From positions 1,587 through 65,586 of the forward strand of contig JAJZWU010000009.1 in assembly GCA_021846515.1 (NCBI GenBank): DNA of 64,000 nt, in the 5' to 3' direction. The DNA comes from Actinomycetes bacterium. GTDB lineage: Bacteria > Actinomycetota > Acidimicrobiia > Acidimicrobiales > JAMCPL01. Each line of letters begins with the position of its first letter. Position 1 is the stretch's first letter. The notes beneath the pieces are model-generated. The model ran no database searches. It was not told the origin of the DNA and saw only the letters and a program-made list of their open reading frames with translations. This document shows, piece by piece, positions 36,958-48,285 of the stretch. Both the position numbers and the translations under genes were made by a program.

Positions 36958-39549
36958 ATGGCAAAATCACGTATACTGCAATTCCCCGGGAAGCCGAACG
37001 TCCCCGAACGTCCATCTATTGATGGACTATCCGAGAAGTGGCCTGGAAGATGGCAGGAGGCAGGAGTCTATAAGTTTGATGAGCGCTGTGAACGCTCAGA
37101 CGTATTCTCCATAGATACCCCCCCGCCAACAGTATCGGGATCTCTTCACTTGGGCCATATTTTTTCATACACACATACCGATACGATAGCCCGATATAAA
37201 CGCATGAGAGGCTACGAAGTATTTTACCCGATGGGGTGGGATGACAACGGCCTGCCGACCGAGAGAAGAGTGCAGTCCTATTACGGGGTGGCTTGCGATC
37301 CCTCTCTGACGCCCGACCTTGACTTCGTGCCCCCAAGCACGCCATATACTCAGACGAAATCTATATCACGCAGAAATTTCATTGAGCTCTGTAATCAGCT
37401 GGCATACCAGGATGAGCAGGCATTTGAAAGGCTGTGGAAGCATCTGGGGTTGTCGGTAGACTGGTCACGCACATACGCAACAATCGACGATCGTGCTCGT
37501 CGCATATCCCAGTTGGGTTTCCTGGAAATGCTTAAAAATGGTCACGTATACTCGGCGGAATCACCTACGCTATGGGACGTAGACTACCAGACGGCAGTGT
37601 CACAGGCAGAGCTTGAAGACAGGACGGTTATGGGGGCATACCACAGGATAGCCTTTACCGCACCGGATGGCAGCCGGGTAGAGATAGACACCACACGACC
37701 CGAGCTACTGCCAGCATGCGTGGCTCTTGTCGCTCATCCGGAAGACGACCGCTACAGGCACTTGTTTGGCACATCTGCCGCTACCCCATTGTTTGATGTA
37801 AGAGTTCCCATACACCCGCATCCTTTGGCCGATCCTGAAAAAGGTACCGGCATAGCGATGGTATGCACATTCGGAGACCTCACAGATGTCACCTGGTGGA
37901 AGGAATTGTCTCTCCCCCTACGAGATATAATGGCTCGTAATGGAAGATTGACTGAGGTGGACTGGGGTAAACCTGGCTGGGAGTGCACAGACCCTGAAGT
38001 AGCCACGCGCTATTACAAGGAGTTGACAGGGCTGCCGGTTGCAAAGGCCAGAAAGAAAATAGTTGAATATCTGGCTCAAGAGGGTTATTTACTTGGAGAC
38101 CCCATGCCGATTACCCACGCGGTTAAGTACTACGAGAAGGGAGATCATCCTCTGGAGATAGTATCGTCTCGCCAATGGTACATACGGACCTTGAACATCA
38201 AGGAAAGGCTGATGCAATTGGCGCATGAGCTGTTATGGCATCCACCTCATATGGTACATCGTCTCGAGGCATGGATCGAAGGCTTGAACTCTGACTGGAA
38301 TATATCTAGGCAGCGTTATTTTGGGGTACCCTTCCCTATATGGTACGGGGTATCTGCTGATGGCAGCATAAATTACGATGAAATATTCACGCCAGATGAC
38401 CTACCGGCTGACCCGTCATACCAAGTGCCTCCCGGATTCGAAGAAAGCCAACGAGGAAAGCCAGGAGGGTTCGTCCCGGATCCTGACGTAATGGATACTT
38501 GGGCGACTTCTTCATTGACACCACAAATTGCTGGTGGTTACTCTCTCGATCCGGATCTGTTCGCTAAGGTCTTCCCGATGGATTTGCGCCCGCAGAGTCA
38601 CGAAATAATACGTACATGGCTTTTCTCCACAATGGTGCGGTCGGAGTTGGCTTTTGGAGAGCTTCCGTGGAAACACGCCGCAATATCAGGATGGGTGCTT
38701 GACCCCGATAGAAAAAAGATGTCAAAGTCAAAGGGTAATGTAGTCACGCCACTGCCGCTACTGGAATCTTACGGCCCTGATGCACTACGCTACTGGTCAT
38801 CCAGCGGTAGGCCGGGAGTAGATACCGCAGTAGACGAAAACCAGATGAAAGTCGGGCGAAGGCTCTCAATCAAGCTGCTGAATGCCTCTAAGTTTGTCCT
38901 TGACAGAATAGCCAATTCGCTCGATGATCGTCCACTTGGCGATCCGTCACCACTGGTTACTATGCCTCTTGACCTGTCAATGCTGGCATACCTTGCAAGA
39001 TGCATAGATGATGCAACAAAGTCATTTGACGAGTTCGATTACGCAAAAGCATTGGAGATAACAGAAAATTTTTTCTGGGATTTTTGCGATGACTACTTGG
39101 AGTTGGTCAAAATAAGATCTTACGGCGATAGCCACAACGAGGGAACACTCAGCGCCCTATCGTCACTGGGTATTGCTCTATCCTCAGTACTCCGGCTATT
39201 TGCGCCTTTCCTGCCATTTGCAACAGAAGAAGCATGGTCATGGTGGCACAACGACTCTATACATCTATCCCCATGGCCAGAAACATCCAACCTCCCTGCA
39301 CTATGTGAAAGTGCAGATCCAGAGCTGTTCAAGACAGCGTCTACCTTGCTCACTACGGTCAGGCGGCATAAATCAAACAACAAGGTATCCATGCGTGCCG
39401 AGGTTGCATCCATACATATACTTGCACCTGGAACTACCATCGACATGGTACCCAAAATCGAAGATGACCTGAAGGCCGCCGGCAACATCAACCAAGTATC
39501 TACCGATATAGCAGATGAGTTATCTGTGGATATAGAGCTGAAAGACTAG
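36958..39549 (+). CDS. valS: Valine--tRNA ligase
   Basis: PPPTVSGSLHLGHIFSYTHTD (HIGH region), the CP1 editing domain, KMSKSKGN, and ~860 aa as in the actinobacterial type. Confidence 0.9.
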   Translation: MAKSRILQFPGKPNVPERPSIDGLSEKWPGRWQEAGVYKFDERCERSDVFSIDTPPPTVSGSLHLGHIFSYTHTDTIARYKRMRGYEVFYPMGWDDNGLPTERRVQSYYGVACDPSLTPDLDFVPPSTPYTQTKSISRRNFIELCNQLAYQDEQAFERLWKHLGLSVDWSRTYATIDDRARRISQLGFLEMLKNGHVYSAESPTLWDVDYQTAVSQAELEDRTVMGAYHRIAFTAPDGSRVEIDTTRPELLPACVALVAHPEDDRYRHLFGTSAATPLFDVRVPIHPHPLADPEKGTGIAMVCTFGDLTDVTWWKELSLPLRDIMARNGRLTEVDWGKPGWECTDPEVATRYYKELTGLPVAKARKKIVEYLAQEGYLLGDPMPITHAVKYYEKGDHPLEIVSSRQWYIRTLNIKERLMQLAHELLWHPPHMVHRLEAWIEGLNSDWNISRQRYFGVPFPIWYGVSADGSINYDEIFTPDDLPADPSYQVPPGFEESQRGKPGGFVPDPDVMDTWATSSLTPQIAGGYSLDPDLFAKVFPMDLRPQSHEIIRTWLFSTMVRSELAFGELPWKHAAISGWVLDPDRKKMSKSKGNVVTPLPLLESYGPDALRYWSSSGRPGVDTAVDENQMKVGRRLSIKLLNASKFVLDRIANSLDDRPLGDPSPLVTMPLDLSMLAYLARCIDDATKSFDEFDYAKALEITENFFWDFCDDYLELVKIRSYGDSHNEGTLSALSSLGIALSSVLRLFAPFLPFATEEAWSWWHNDSIHLSPWPETSNLPALCESADPELFKTASTLLTTVRRHKSNNKVSMRAEVASIHILAPGTTIDMVPKIEDDLKAAGNINQVSTDIADELSVDIELKD

Positions 39550-39619
39550 CGTTTTCGGTTGATTCGGTAAAACTTGCAATTTATGCAACCTGCGGTATTT
39601 TGGTATAGAGTAGTTTAAT

Positions 39620-40615
39620 ATGACAAAAAGCGTTCAGGCTCCCGACCGTAATCTGGCTATGGAATTAGCAAGAGTGACAGAAGCAGCAGCCATGGCTGCC
39701 GGGAGGTGGATGGGACGGGGAGACAAGGAGGGAGCTGACGGCGCAGCAGTCAACGCCATGCGCGTAGTGCTGCAAACTATCTCCATGGATGGCATTGTAG
39801 TGATAGGAGAGGGAGAGAAGGACAACGCTCCAATGCTTTACAATGGCGAAAAAATTGGAGACGGCACACCACCTATGACTGATATCGCCGTAGACCCAAT
39901 TGATGGTACCACCTTGACTGCACTTGGCCGTGGTGGCGCGTTGTCGGTAATTGCCGTCTCTGAACGGGACACGCTGTTTGATCCCGGTCCTTGCGTATAC
40001 ATGGAAAAGATCGCTGTTGGCCCCCAGGCTGTCGGCTCCATAGACATAAACGCCACTCCGACAGAGAATATAAGTTCCATTGCCAAAGCACTTGGAAAAT
40101 CAGTGAGAGATGTTACTGCTGTCATACTTGAAAGAGACAGGCACGCTGATCTCATTGAAGAAGTGCGCTCGACAGGCGCACGGATAAAACTCATCACCGA
40201 CGGGGACGTCGCTGCGTCAATATCTGCCGCATGGCCTGAGTCCGGAGTAGATGTCCTGATTGGCATAGGAGGTACTCCGGAGGGAGTAATATCTGCCGTT
40301 GCACTAAAGTGTCTGGGCGGAGAGATGCAGGGCAAACTATGGCCGCGCAATGACAGGGAGCGCCAACTTGCCATAAATGCTGGGTACCAGCTCAATGAAG
40401 TACTTACAACTGATCAGATGGCCAAGAGTGACAACTGTTTCTTTGCAGCCACCGGCATTACCGACGGTGATCTCTTGCAGGGCGTGCGTTACTATGATTT
40501 TGGCGCCACCACACAATCTATCGTCATGCGTTCAAGGTCAGGAACTGTACGATTCCTGCACTCAAGGCACCGGCTGGCAAAGCTGAACTCTTTCTCTGAG
40601 ATATCCTTCGACTGA
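39620..40615 (+). CDS. glpX: Fructose-1,6-bisphosphatase class II
   Basis: [26 protein letters not shown]...DGAAVNAMR and DPIDGTT are typical GlpX motifs. Confidence 0.92.
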   Translation: MTKSVQAPDRNLAMELARVTEAAAMAAGRWMGRGDKEGADGAAVNAMRVVLQTISMDGIVVIGEGEKDNAPMLYNGEKIGDGTPPMTDIAVDPIDGTTLTALGRGGALSVIAVSERDTLFDPGPCVYMEKIAVGPQAVGSIDINATPTENISSIAKALGKSVRDVTAVILERDRHADLIEEVRSTGARIKLITDGDVAASISAAWPESGVDVLIGIGGTPEGVISAVALKCLGGEMQGKLWPRNDRERQLAINAGYQLNEVLTTDQMAKSDNCFFAATGITDGDLLQGVRYYDFGATTQSIVMRSRSGTVRFLHSRHRLAKLNSFSEISFD

Positions 40616-40744
40616 AATATCTTTTCGCTGGTCGGTTTCACGAATCGACTGACCTGACCGCAAGAACAATCCCCGTCTTTAGCCATAGGAAGGAGGCCAA
40701 AGGGTATGCTATTTCGCTACCGGCAAGCTCATGCAGACAAAAAA

Positions 40745-40784
40745 CAACTCCCATGCAGGGCAAGCACGGGAGTTGTTTGGTTTT
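40745..40784. terminator. Bidirectional rho-independent terminator between convergent glpX and the anti-sigma gene
   Basis: Stem CAACTCCC (40745-40752) pairs with GGGAGTTG (40768-40775). An A-run lies upstream (40737-40744) and TTTGGTTTT downstream. Confidence 0.7.
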
Positions 40785-40806
40785 GATAGCAAGGAGATTT
40801 ATTAAA

Positions 40807-41937
40807 TTATCGAGTAGGCGCACCTCCAACGCTGCCCGCCCCAGATGGGTAGCTGCTGCCGCTGTCGGAAGAGCTGCCCGATCCTGACGGAGCGGCGCCG
40901 GTACCGGAGGGTTGCCCGGTGCCGGAGGGCTTGCCGGTGCCGGAGGGTTGCCCGGTGCCGGAAGAGCTGCCCGATCCTGACGGAGCGGTGCCGGTGCCGG
41001 AGGGTTGCCCGGTGCCGGAGGGTTGTCCCACACCGGAGGGCTTGCCGGTGCCGGAGGGTTGCCCGGTGCCGGAGGGTTGTCCCACACCAGAGGGCTTGCC
41101 GGTGCCAGAGGGTTGACCCACACCAGAGGGCTTGCCGGTGCCGGAGGGTTGACCCACACCAGAGGGCTTGCCGGTGCCGGAGGGTTGCCCCACACCAGAG
41201 GGCTTGCCGGTGCCGGAGGGTTGCCCCACACCAGAGGGCTTGCCAGTGCCGGAGGGAATCTTACCCTGTCCGGGTGTCACCGAAGCACAGAATGTCGTTA
41301 TGCTCTCTCCCGCCTTACCTGCAGCCTCCAAAAGGTTCCTGAACGCAATGTCATTGGCGCTCGTATTACCTTTGGTTGCTACATATGCATGGCATAGCCC
41401 GTAAGCTGCCGCCTTGTTTGCATTTGGTCCAACTGCCTTTGAGTTGTGCGATGTGGCAGTAGTACTGGTAGTGGTCGTTGGTGAACTGGGCTTTCCTGAC
41501 GTAGTATTCGGATTCGGAATCGATATACCGACATGTGACAGAGCGCTGGAAATAGGTGCCTGTATGGATGCCGGCAACGAGCCTGTAGCTGCAGCGGCAC
41601 CTCCACCTACTACCGCAGCAGCAACTATCCCAGATGCCACCTTTGCACTAAGTAATTTAGCTGATAATTTTCCTATCATGGTTTTTCTCCCTATTGTCTT
41701 TCTCCCGAGCCGGGCAATTTCTTTACCTGCCTGGATGTTGGGAACCGCCCGAACGGCTGCAGACATAGCGGATATAGCATGCTCGCGCCCTACCATTTCA
41801 GCAGCTTGCACGGGTGCCTTGGCTGCCCTTGCAAGACTTGCCGTCCTGGCAAGGCCAGGGGGTGCGTCCTCAGGGTGCATGAGGCCATTGAGCAACTTGT
41901 CTATGGTGCTGTCGTCAAGCGATTTCCCAAACATCAC
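40807..41937 (-). CDS. Putative membrane-anchored anti-sigma factor with a C-terminal PSG(T/V)G(K/Q) hexapeptide repeat array
   Basis: It lies immediately downstream of the ECF sigma gene (43-nt gap). It has a cytoplasmic N-terminus, one TM helix ([18 protein letters not shown]), a Cys-containing conserved-looking segment ([10 protein letters not shown]...[19 protein letters not shown]), and then ~18 hexapeptide repeats. Confidence 0.6.
   Translation of the reverse strand: MMFGKSLDDSTIDKLLNGLMHPEDAPPGLARTASLARAAKAPVQAAEMVGREHAISAMSAAVRAVPNIQAGKEIARLGRKTIGRKTMIGKLSAKLLSAKVASGIVAAAVVGGGAAAATGSLPASIQAPISSALSHVGISIPNPNTTSGKPSSPTTTTSTTATSHNSKAVGPNANKAAAYGLCHAYVATKGNTSANDIAFRNLLEAAGKAGESITTFCASVTPGQGKIPSGTGKPSGVGQPSGTGKPSGVGQPSGTGKPSGVGQPSGTGKPSGVGQPSGTGKPSGVGQPSGTGQPSGTGKPSGVGQPSGTGQPSGTGTAPSGSGSSSGTGQPSGTGKPSGTGQPSGTGAAPSGSGSSSDSGSSYPSGAGSVGGAPTR
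40868..41262. repeat. Nested tandem repeats (18-nt / 36-nt units plus a ~92-nt duplication) inside the anti-sigma gene
   Basis: There are repeated 18-mers such as ggtgccggagggttgccc, ggtgccggagggcttgcc and cacaccagagggcttgcc. The block ggaagagctgcccgatcctgacggagcgg occurs at ~40868 and again at ~40960. Confidence 0.9.
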
Positions 41938-41980
41938 ACTATTCCAATCGCACGAGAGGTGAAAAACGTTACAAGTTCAA

Positions 41981-42613
41981 TCAAAGTTTTTCTCCGTTTC
42001 TGTCTACCTCACCAATATTGCTTCTCTTGCCGCCCCGACCAGCACCTCCAAACCTGCCACCAGCACGCCCAGGCTGTCCGCCAATATCCCCTGACAGTTG
42101 CTGTAGAGCTCGATGCTGCAGTACCCTGATCGTTCCGGCCCGTTTGCCGGTAATCTCTGCAACGTCGTTTACTCCAAGCCCACCCAGCACCCGCAATATA
42201 ATGACCTCTGCCTGATCCTTGGGTAAGCCGGCTACCAACTGATTCACAGCTTCTTGCGCGGACATGGATTCAATGGCATCTTGTGCTGTGTCGTTTGCCG
42301 AACTATATACATAAAGCGTCTCAGGAACAACGAATGAGACCTTACTGCGTGCCCGTTTGCGCTGCATGTCAATCACGCGTCGGCGAGCTATCGTAAACAG
42401 CCACGCCTTGAAATTCCGCTCGTCGCCCTTGAACCGTTTGACGTTTTGAGCAACTGCAAGCCATACTTCGCTTGCAATATCATCGGTTTCCCGCGGATCC
42501 TGCCACTTAAGGTATCTGAGTACAATGTGGTGATAGGTGTCATACAGCCACGCCACTCCCTCATTGTCACCTGCTTTGGCGAGTTCGATCGCCTGGCTAA
42601 AATCGTATACCAT
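41981..42613 (-). CDS. ECF-type RNA polymerase sigma factor (sigma-70 family, group 4) with a Gly/Arg-rich C-terminal tail
   Basis: Region 2 (DIASEVWLAVAQNVKRFKGDERNFKAWLFTIARRRVIDMQR) and region 4 (VNDVAEITGKRAGTIRVLQHRALQQL). Confidence 0.88.
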   Translation of the reverse strand: MVYDFSQAIELAKAGDNEGVAWLYDTYHHIVLRYLKWQDPRETDDIASEVWLAVAQNVKRFKGDERNFKAWLFTIARRRVIDMQRKRARSKVSFVVPETLYVYSSANDTAQDAIESMSAQEAVNQLVAGLPKDQAEVIILRVLGGLGVNDVAEITGKRAGTIRVLQHRALQQLSGDIGGQPGRAGGRFGGAGRGGKRSNIGEVDRNGEKL

Positions 42614-42735
42614 TGCCTCATTCTATCGAGAGGAAGCACAGATAACTTTAACCTGCATCAACAATTATCTCTCGCAACAATAACCCCTCTCAGCGAGATG
42701 TTATGCATAAGAGGAAATGAGACACGCAAATAGAT

Positions 42736-42989
42736 TTAAGTTGTCTCGGCTACAGGAGCAGAAACAGTGACCACCTCGCCATCTACTTCGACAAATCCAC
42801 GCATCTCCTGTATGGCGCTCATCGCATCATCACCGCCATCGAATCTGACCGAGCCGCCGGGAACCAAAGCGGCTATAAAAGGAGTGTGCCCAGCCAGAAA
42901 TGTGGCATCGCCCTCAAGAGTTCTCACCACAACTCCGGTTACCTCACCCTCGTAAACTATACGATCGGGCAAAACAAGCCTACCTAACA

Positions 42990-42990
<1 letters not shown>
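42736..42990 (-). CDS. atpC: F-type ATP synthase epsilon subunit, beta-sandwich domain only (84 aa)
   Basis: VLPDRIVYEGEVTGVVVRTLEGDATFLAGHTPFIAAL...GFVEVDGEVVTVSA matches the epsilon N-domain. The GTG start overlaps the atpD stop by 1 nt. Confidence 0.85.
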
Positions 42991-44447
<1,457 letters not shown>

Positions 44448-44525
44448 TCATCTATTGATGGCTTACTTTGCATATTCATCAGCATCTCTCGCACCTTGGA
44501 ACTGTTCACTGGATGATCATTCTGC

Positions 44526-45515
44526 CTAATCAGCCCGAGATGCCTGTCTCAATGCCTCGGCGCCTCCGACTATCTCCATTATCTCAGTGGTAATCGCATC
44601 CTGCCTGGCCCTGTTTACCGCTCTGGTAAGAGTCTTTATTAGCTCGTCTGCATTCTCGGTAGCTGCTGCCATCGCTCTTTGACGTGCAGAGTGCTCACTT
44701 GTAGCTGCCTCCAATAGCGCTGTAAACAACTCGGATTCTACATACCGCCTGATTACTATCGGCAACAATTCATCCGGCTCAGGCTCAAGTTCCAAATACC
44801 CGGATCGTGCTTTTTCCAATGCTGAATGCTCCGCCCATTCATTCAAAGCCAGCGCCGTTGACGACCCGGAGTCCGATCCCGAAGCCGGATCCTGCCCTGA
44901 GTGGCTGCCGGCAGATCCTGAGTCATGCCCGGAAGCATGGCTCACGCTGGTATCTACAGGAAATATTTTACGAACCTCTACCACCTGCGAACCGGCAGAC
45001 CTGAATCTGGTAGACACCAAATCAATTTCTCCAATTTCTCCTGCATCGAGTAGCTCAAGGATGGGATTGGCAATCTCTGTTGCATCCTCGTAAGATGGTT
45101 TATCGGAAAACCCAGCGAACGAAGCAGTCAATTCCTGCCCGCTGAACTTGAAAAATGAAGCTGCCTTCTTGCCCACAGCCACTACTTTGTACTGCTTCGA
45201 TAAACCTGTGATCTCTTCAAGCAAATGCGTCGTAGCACGTAGTACCGACACATTGTAACCTCCGCAAAGACCACGATCGGCAGCTATAGTGCATACCAAT
45301 ACAGAACCTTCAGAAGTCGCGGTATTGCCACTCTCATACATAACCCCACGTAAAACATTCTGTACAGCATGGCTGTAGGGAATTGCGGATTCGAGGCGTG
45401 CCCTCGCCCTCATGATCCTTGATGCGGCAATCAACTCCATTGCCCGTGTGATTTTCTTGGTTGCCTGCACGCTCTTTATGCGGCGACGCAATACACGCTC
45501 TTGCGCTCCTGGCAT
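44526..45515 (-). CDS. atpG: F-type ATP synthase gamma subunit with a Ser/Gly/His/Asp-rich insertion
   Basis: N-terminus RRIKSVQATKKITRAMELIAASR and C-terminus NRARQDAITTEIMEIVGGAEAL. Confidence 0.95.
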   Translation of the reverse strand: MPGAQERVLRRRIKSVQATKKITRAMELIAASRIMRARARLESAIPYSHAVQNVLRGVMYESGNTATSEGSVLVCTIAADRGLCGGYNVSVLRATTHLLEEITGLSKQYKVVAVGKKAASFFKFSGQELTASFAGFSDKPSYEDATEIANPILELLDAGEIGEIDLVSTRFRSAGSQVVEVRKIFPVDTSVSHASGHDSGSAGSHSGQDPASGSDSGSSTALALNEWAEHSALEKARSGYLELEPEPDELLPIVIRRYVESELFTALLEAATSEHSARQRAMAAATENADELIKTLTRAVNRARQDAITTEIMEIVGGAEALRQASRAD

Positions 45516-45551
45516 AGGCTAACCTACCCTCGTATCTGTAAAAGACATATA

Positions 45552-47078
45552 TTAAGAGCCCTCCACATCAAAGACTTTTTGGAATTCCTCTATTGCGTCT
45601 TTCAGCTTGTCGCCATCTGGTAATGTCCCCGTCTCTCTAATATGCGACAGCAAATCTGCGTGCTGTGCTCTCATATACTTGAGCAACTCGTGTTCAAACC
45701 TCTGCACCTGGCCGGTTGGGATCCCATCCACGTAACCACCTGTCCCCACATATACTACAACTACCTGCTCTTCTACCGCCATGGGAGAATGCTGAGACTG
45801 CTTCAATAGTTCGGTTAGCCTGTACCCACGCTCCAACTGCGCTTGGGATACTTTATCAAGCTCCGACCCAAAGGTTGCAAAAGATTCCAACTCCCTAAAC
45901 TGCGCCAAGTCTATCTTGAGGGTTCCAGAAACCTGCTTCATGGCCTTTATCTGGGCATTACCTCCAACCCTTGACACGGATATACCGACATTCATAGCAG
46001 GCCTTACACCTGCGTAAAATAGTTCGGTTTCCAGGTAGACCTGCCCATCGGTAATGGAAATTACGTTGGTCGGTATATAGGCAGATACATCTCCTGCCTT
46101 TGTCTCTATTATAGGAAGCGCAGTGAGGGATCCACCACCAAGGGCATCTGATAGCCTGGCTGCACGCTCCAGCAACCTGCTATGCAGGTAAAACACATCG
46201 CCTGGATATGCCTCACGACCTGGAGGTCTACGCAACAACAAAGATAGCTGGCGGTACGCCTCAGCCTGCTTGGACAGATCGTCATACACTATAAGCGCAT
46301 CTTCACCTTTTTCCATCCAGTGTTGTCCCATGGCACATCCGCCATATGGGGCAAGATACTTGAACGGCGCCGGGTCTGATGCGGGAGCGGATACCACTAC
46401 CGTATAATCCATGGCGCCATGCTCTGTAAGAGTAGCTACCGTACTGGCTACGGACGATCCTTTCTGCCCGACTACCACGTATATGCACTTAACACCCAGT
46501 CCCTTCTGGTGGATAATCGTGTCTATGGCCACTGTAGTCTTACCGGTCTTACGGTCACCGATTATAAGCTCTCTCTGGCCACGGCCGATCGGCGTCATGG
46601 CATCAATGGCCTTTATTCCCGTCTGAAGTGGTACTGATACAGGTTGGCGATTGACCACGCCAGGGGCCTGAATCTCCATGCGTCTAAGCTCCTCAGCCTG
46701 TACCGGACCCTTGCCGTCTATAGGCTCACCAAGTGCATTTACCACCCTTCCAAGCAGTCCGTCGCCGACAGGCACTGAAAGGATCCTGCCGGTGGCCCTG
46801 ACTATCTGGTCTTCTTCGAGATGCTCGTCACCTCCCAGAATAACCGTACCGATTACGTCTTCCTCCAGGTTCAGTGCAATCCCCAATGTCCCGTCCTCAA
46901 ACTCAAGCAGCTCATTCACCCCGACACCCGGTAAACCGGAAACTCTTGCTACGCCATCACCCACCTCCATGATGCGCCCAACCTGTTCCACCGAAGCCGT
47001 CGCGACCTCTCCGGTAAGATACTTATTCAATACACTTTCAATCTCTTTGGCATCAATGGTTAATTCAGCCACATCCAT
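45552..47078 (-). CDS. atpA: F-type ATP synthase alpha subunit
   Basis: Walker A GDRKTGKT and full-length conservation. The GAAAGGAG Shine-Dalgarno abuts the ATG, so the GTG at 47072 may be the real start. Confidence 0.97.
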   Translation of the reverse strand: MDVAELTIDAKEIESVLNKYLTGEVATASVEQVGRIMEVGDGVARVSGLPGVGVNELLEFEDGTLGIALNLEEDVIGTVILGGDEHLEEDQIVRATGRILSVPVGDGLLGRVVNALGEPIDGKGPVQAEELRRMEIQAPGVVNRQPVSVPLQTGIKAIDAMTPIGRGQRELIIGDRKTGKTTVAIDTIIHQKGLGVKCIYVVVGQKGSSVASTVATLTEHGAMDYTVVVSAPASDPAPFKYLAPYGGCAMGQHWMEKGEDALIVYDDLSKQAEAYRQLSLLLRRPPGREAYPGDVFYLHSRLLERAARLSDALGGGSLTALPIIETKAGDVSAYIPTNVISITDGQVYLETELFYAGVRPAMNVGISVSRVGGNAQIKAMKQVSGTLKIDLAQFRELESFATFGSELDKVSQAQLERGYRLTELLKQSQHSPMAVEEQVVVVYVGTGGYVDGIPTGQVQRFEHELLKYMRAQHADLLSHIRETGTLPDGDKLKDAIEEFQKVFDVEGS

Positions 47079-47259
47079 CTCCTTTCACGCTAGTAATCCT
47101 ACTCAACTCCACCTGCAGTGCCCCATACAATGTCTGGCATATCTCTGCCACCTCTCTGCACTATGCCATCTCCCATTTGGAACCACTGCATTAAAGCAGG
47201 CATACCCACAGATGCAGATGCGCCCATAGCACCGGCAAGAGCACGGCAACTTATCATAG

Positions 47260-48276
47260 CTATGCAGCACCTCGATCTGCCGTACCAACACTGACAGCCT
47301 GATGAACGGCGTCTCTACCCAGCAACGGGGTTCCGAGCGCCTCCAGATAGCGGCGTGCACTGGAATCTACCACCAGATCACCTATACTTACAATTACCCC
47401 GCCCAATAAAGAACCGTCCACATCCACCTGAACGTCTACCGGGCAACCTGCGACATCTTCAAGAATACCGGCAAGCATATCAAGTTCATCGGCGCCAAGA
47501 GGCCTGGCAGATCGTACTCTTCCTATGCGCCAACCGCGAATAGCGGACACAAAATCTGCCAGCCACATAAGAGTCGTCGCCATGTCTCTCGGCCTTGACG
47601 ATAACGAATGAACTACTATCCTTACCGTAGCAGAGCTCACCTTCCCATCAAGCAGCTCAAACATGGCACGGCGCCTTGCAAGCAGTGGAATAGACCTGTC
47701 GATAAACGTAAAACCAGGAAACGTATCACTACCAAACAACCTGGCAAGTGCAAGGACTTCTTCCTCGATAGTTGCCAAGACATCAGCATTGTCTACTTCA
47801 TCCAGCACCGCTCTACAGTATCCACCTATGTATTTACGTGCCGCCGAACGAGAGAGGTCCTCTTCCTCTTCTGCGGCAACTCTTGACATCACTATCTCCA
47901 GATGGCCGTAGGAAGCACCGGAACTACCTCCCACCTGCTGGGAAGATATGTCTTGCGAAGATACTTCGTCTATCAAATTAACTACCTCCGCCATCTCGGC
48001 AAAGACTACCGGAAGATCATCTGCCGGTTCTTCCAAGACTGCCCGCTGTATGATCCGTAAGGCATATTTATCCATACGTGACACCAATAAATCGGTCAGT
48101 ATGCTTTTACGTACCAAACTACCAATACCGGAATCGGTAACCACCGCAAACAATGAAGAGTTGGTAAGGATAAACCTGTTGAATGAGCTCAAATCCGATG
48201 CCACCCGGCCAAGCGCTTCATCCGATGATGCAGACTCAACCACTGCATGTACGTATCCTTTTAGGGAGGGGATCAT
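47260..48276 (-). CDS. atpH: F-type ATP synthase delta (OSCP) subunit, elongated (338 aa) with an apparently duplicated N-terminal domain
   Basis: The C-terminus LLGGVIVSIGDLVVDSSARRYLEAL is the delta signature. There are two successive OSCP-N-like helical segments (aa ~5-100 and ~150-250). Confidence 0.85.
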   Translation of the reverse strand: MIPSLKGYVHAVVESASSDEALGRVASDLSSFNRFILTNSSLFAVVTDSGIGSLVRKSILTDLLVSRMDKYALRIIQRAVLEEPADDLPVVFAEMAEVVNLIDEVSSQDISSQQVGGSSGASYGHLEIVMSRVAAEEEEDLSRSAARKYIGGYCRAVLDEVDNADVLATIEEEVLALARLFGSDTFPGFTFIDRSIPLLARRRAMFELLDGKVSSATVRIVVHSLSSRPRDMATTLMWLADFVSAIRGWRIGRVRSARPLGADELDMLAGILEDVAGCPVDVQVDVDGSLLGGVIVSIGDLVVDSSARRYLEALGTPLLGRDAVHQAVSVGTADRGAA

Positions 48277-48285
48277 CCAAACAGT

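Noticed and set aside
40845-41404. Four plus-strand ORFs (40845..41342, 40919..41116, 41005..41397, 41168..41404) antisense to the anti-sigma gene. They could suggest overlapping genes.
   Set aside because: They exist only because the 18/36-nt tandem repeat is stop-free in all frames. Their products are pure repeat translations (CRCRRVAR..., PEGCPVPEG...). They have no independent start context, and the minus-strand frame alone has a sensible N-terminus, TM helix and sigma-gene coupling.
47103-47360. 85-aa minus-strand ORF covering the atpH-atpA spacer, possibly a missing small atp subunit or an atpH extension.
   Set aside because: It is in a different frame from atpH and overlaps the atpH 3' end. 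Its Cys/Arg/Trp-rich sequence has no TM helix or atp-like features. The delta C-terminal signature is already complete upstream.
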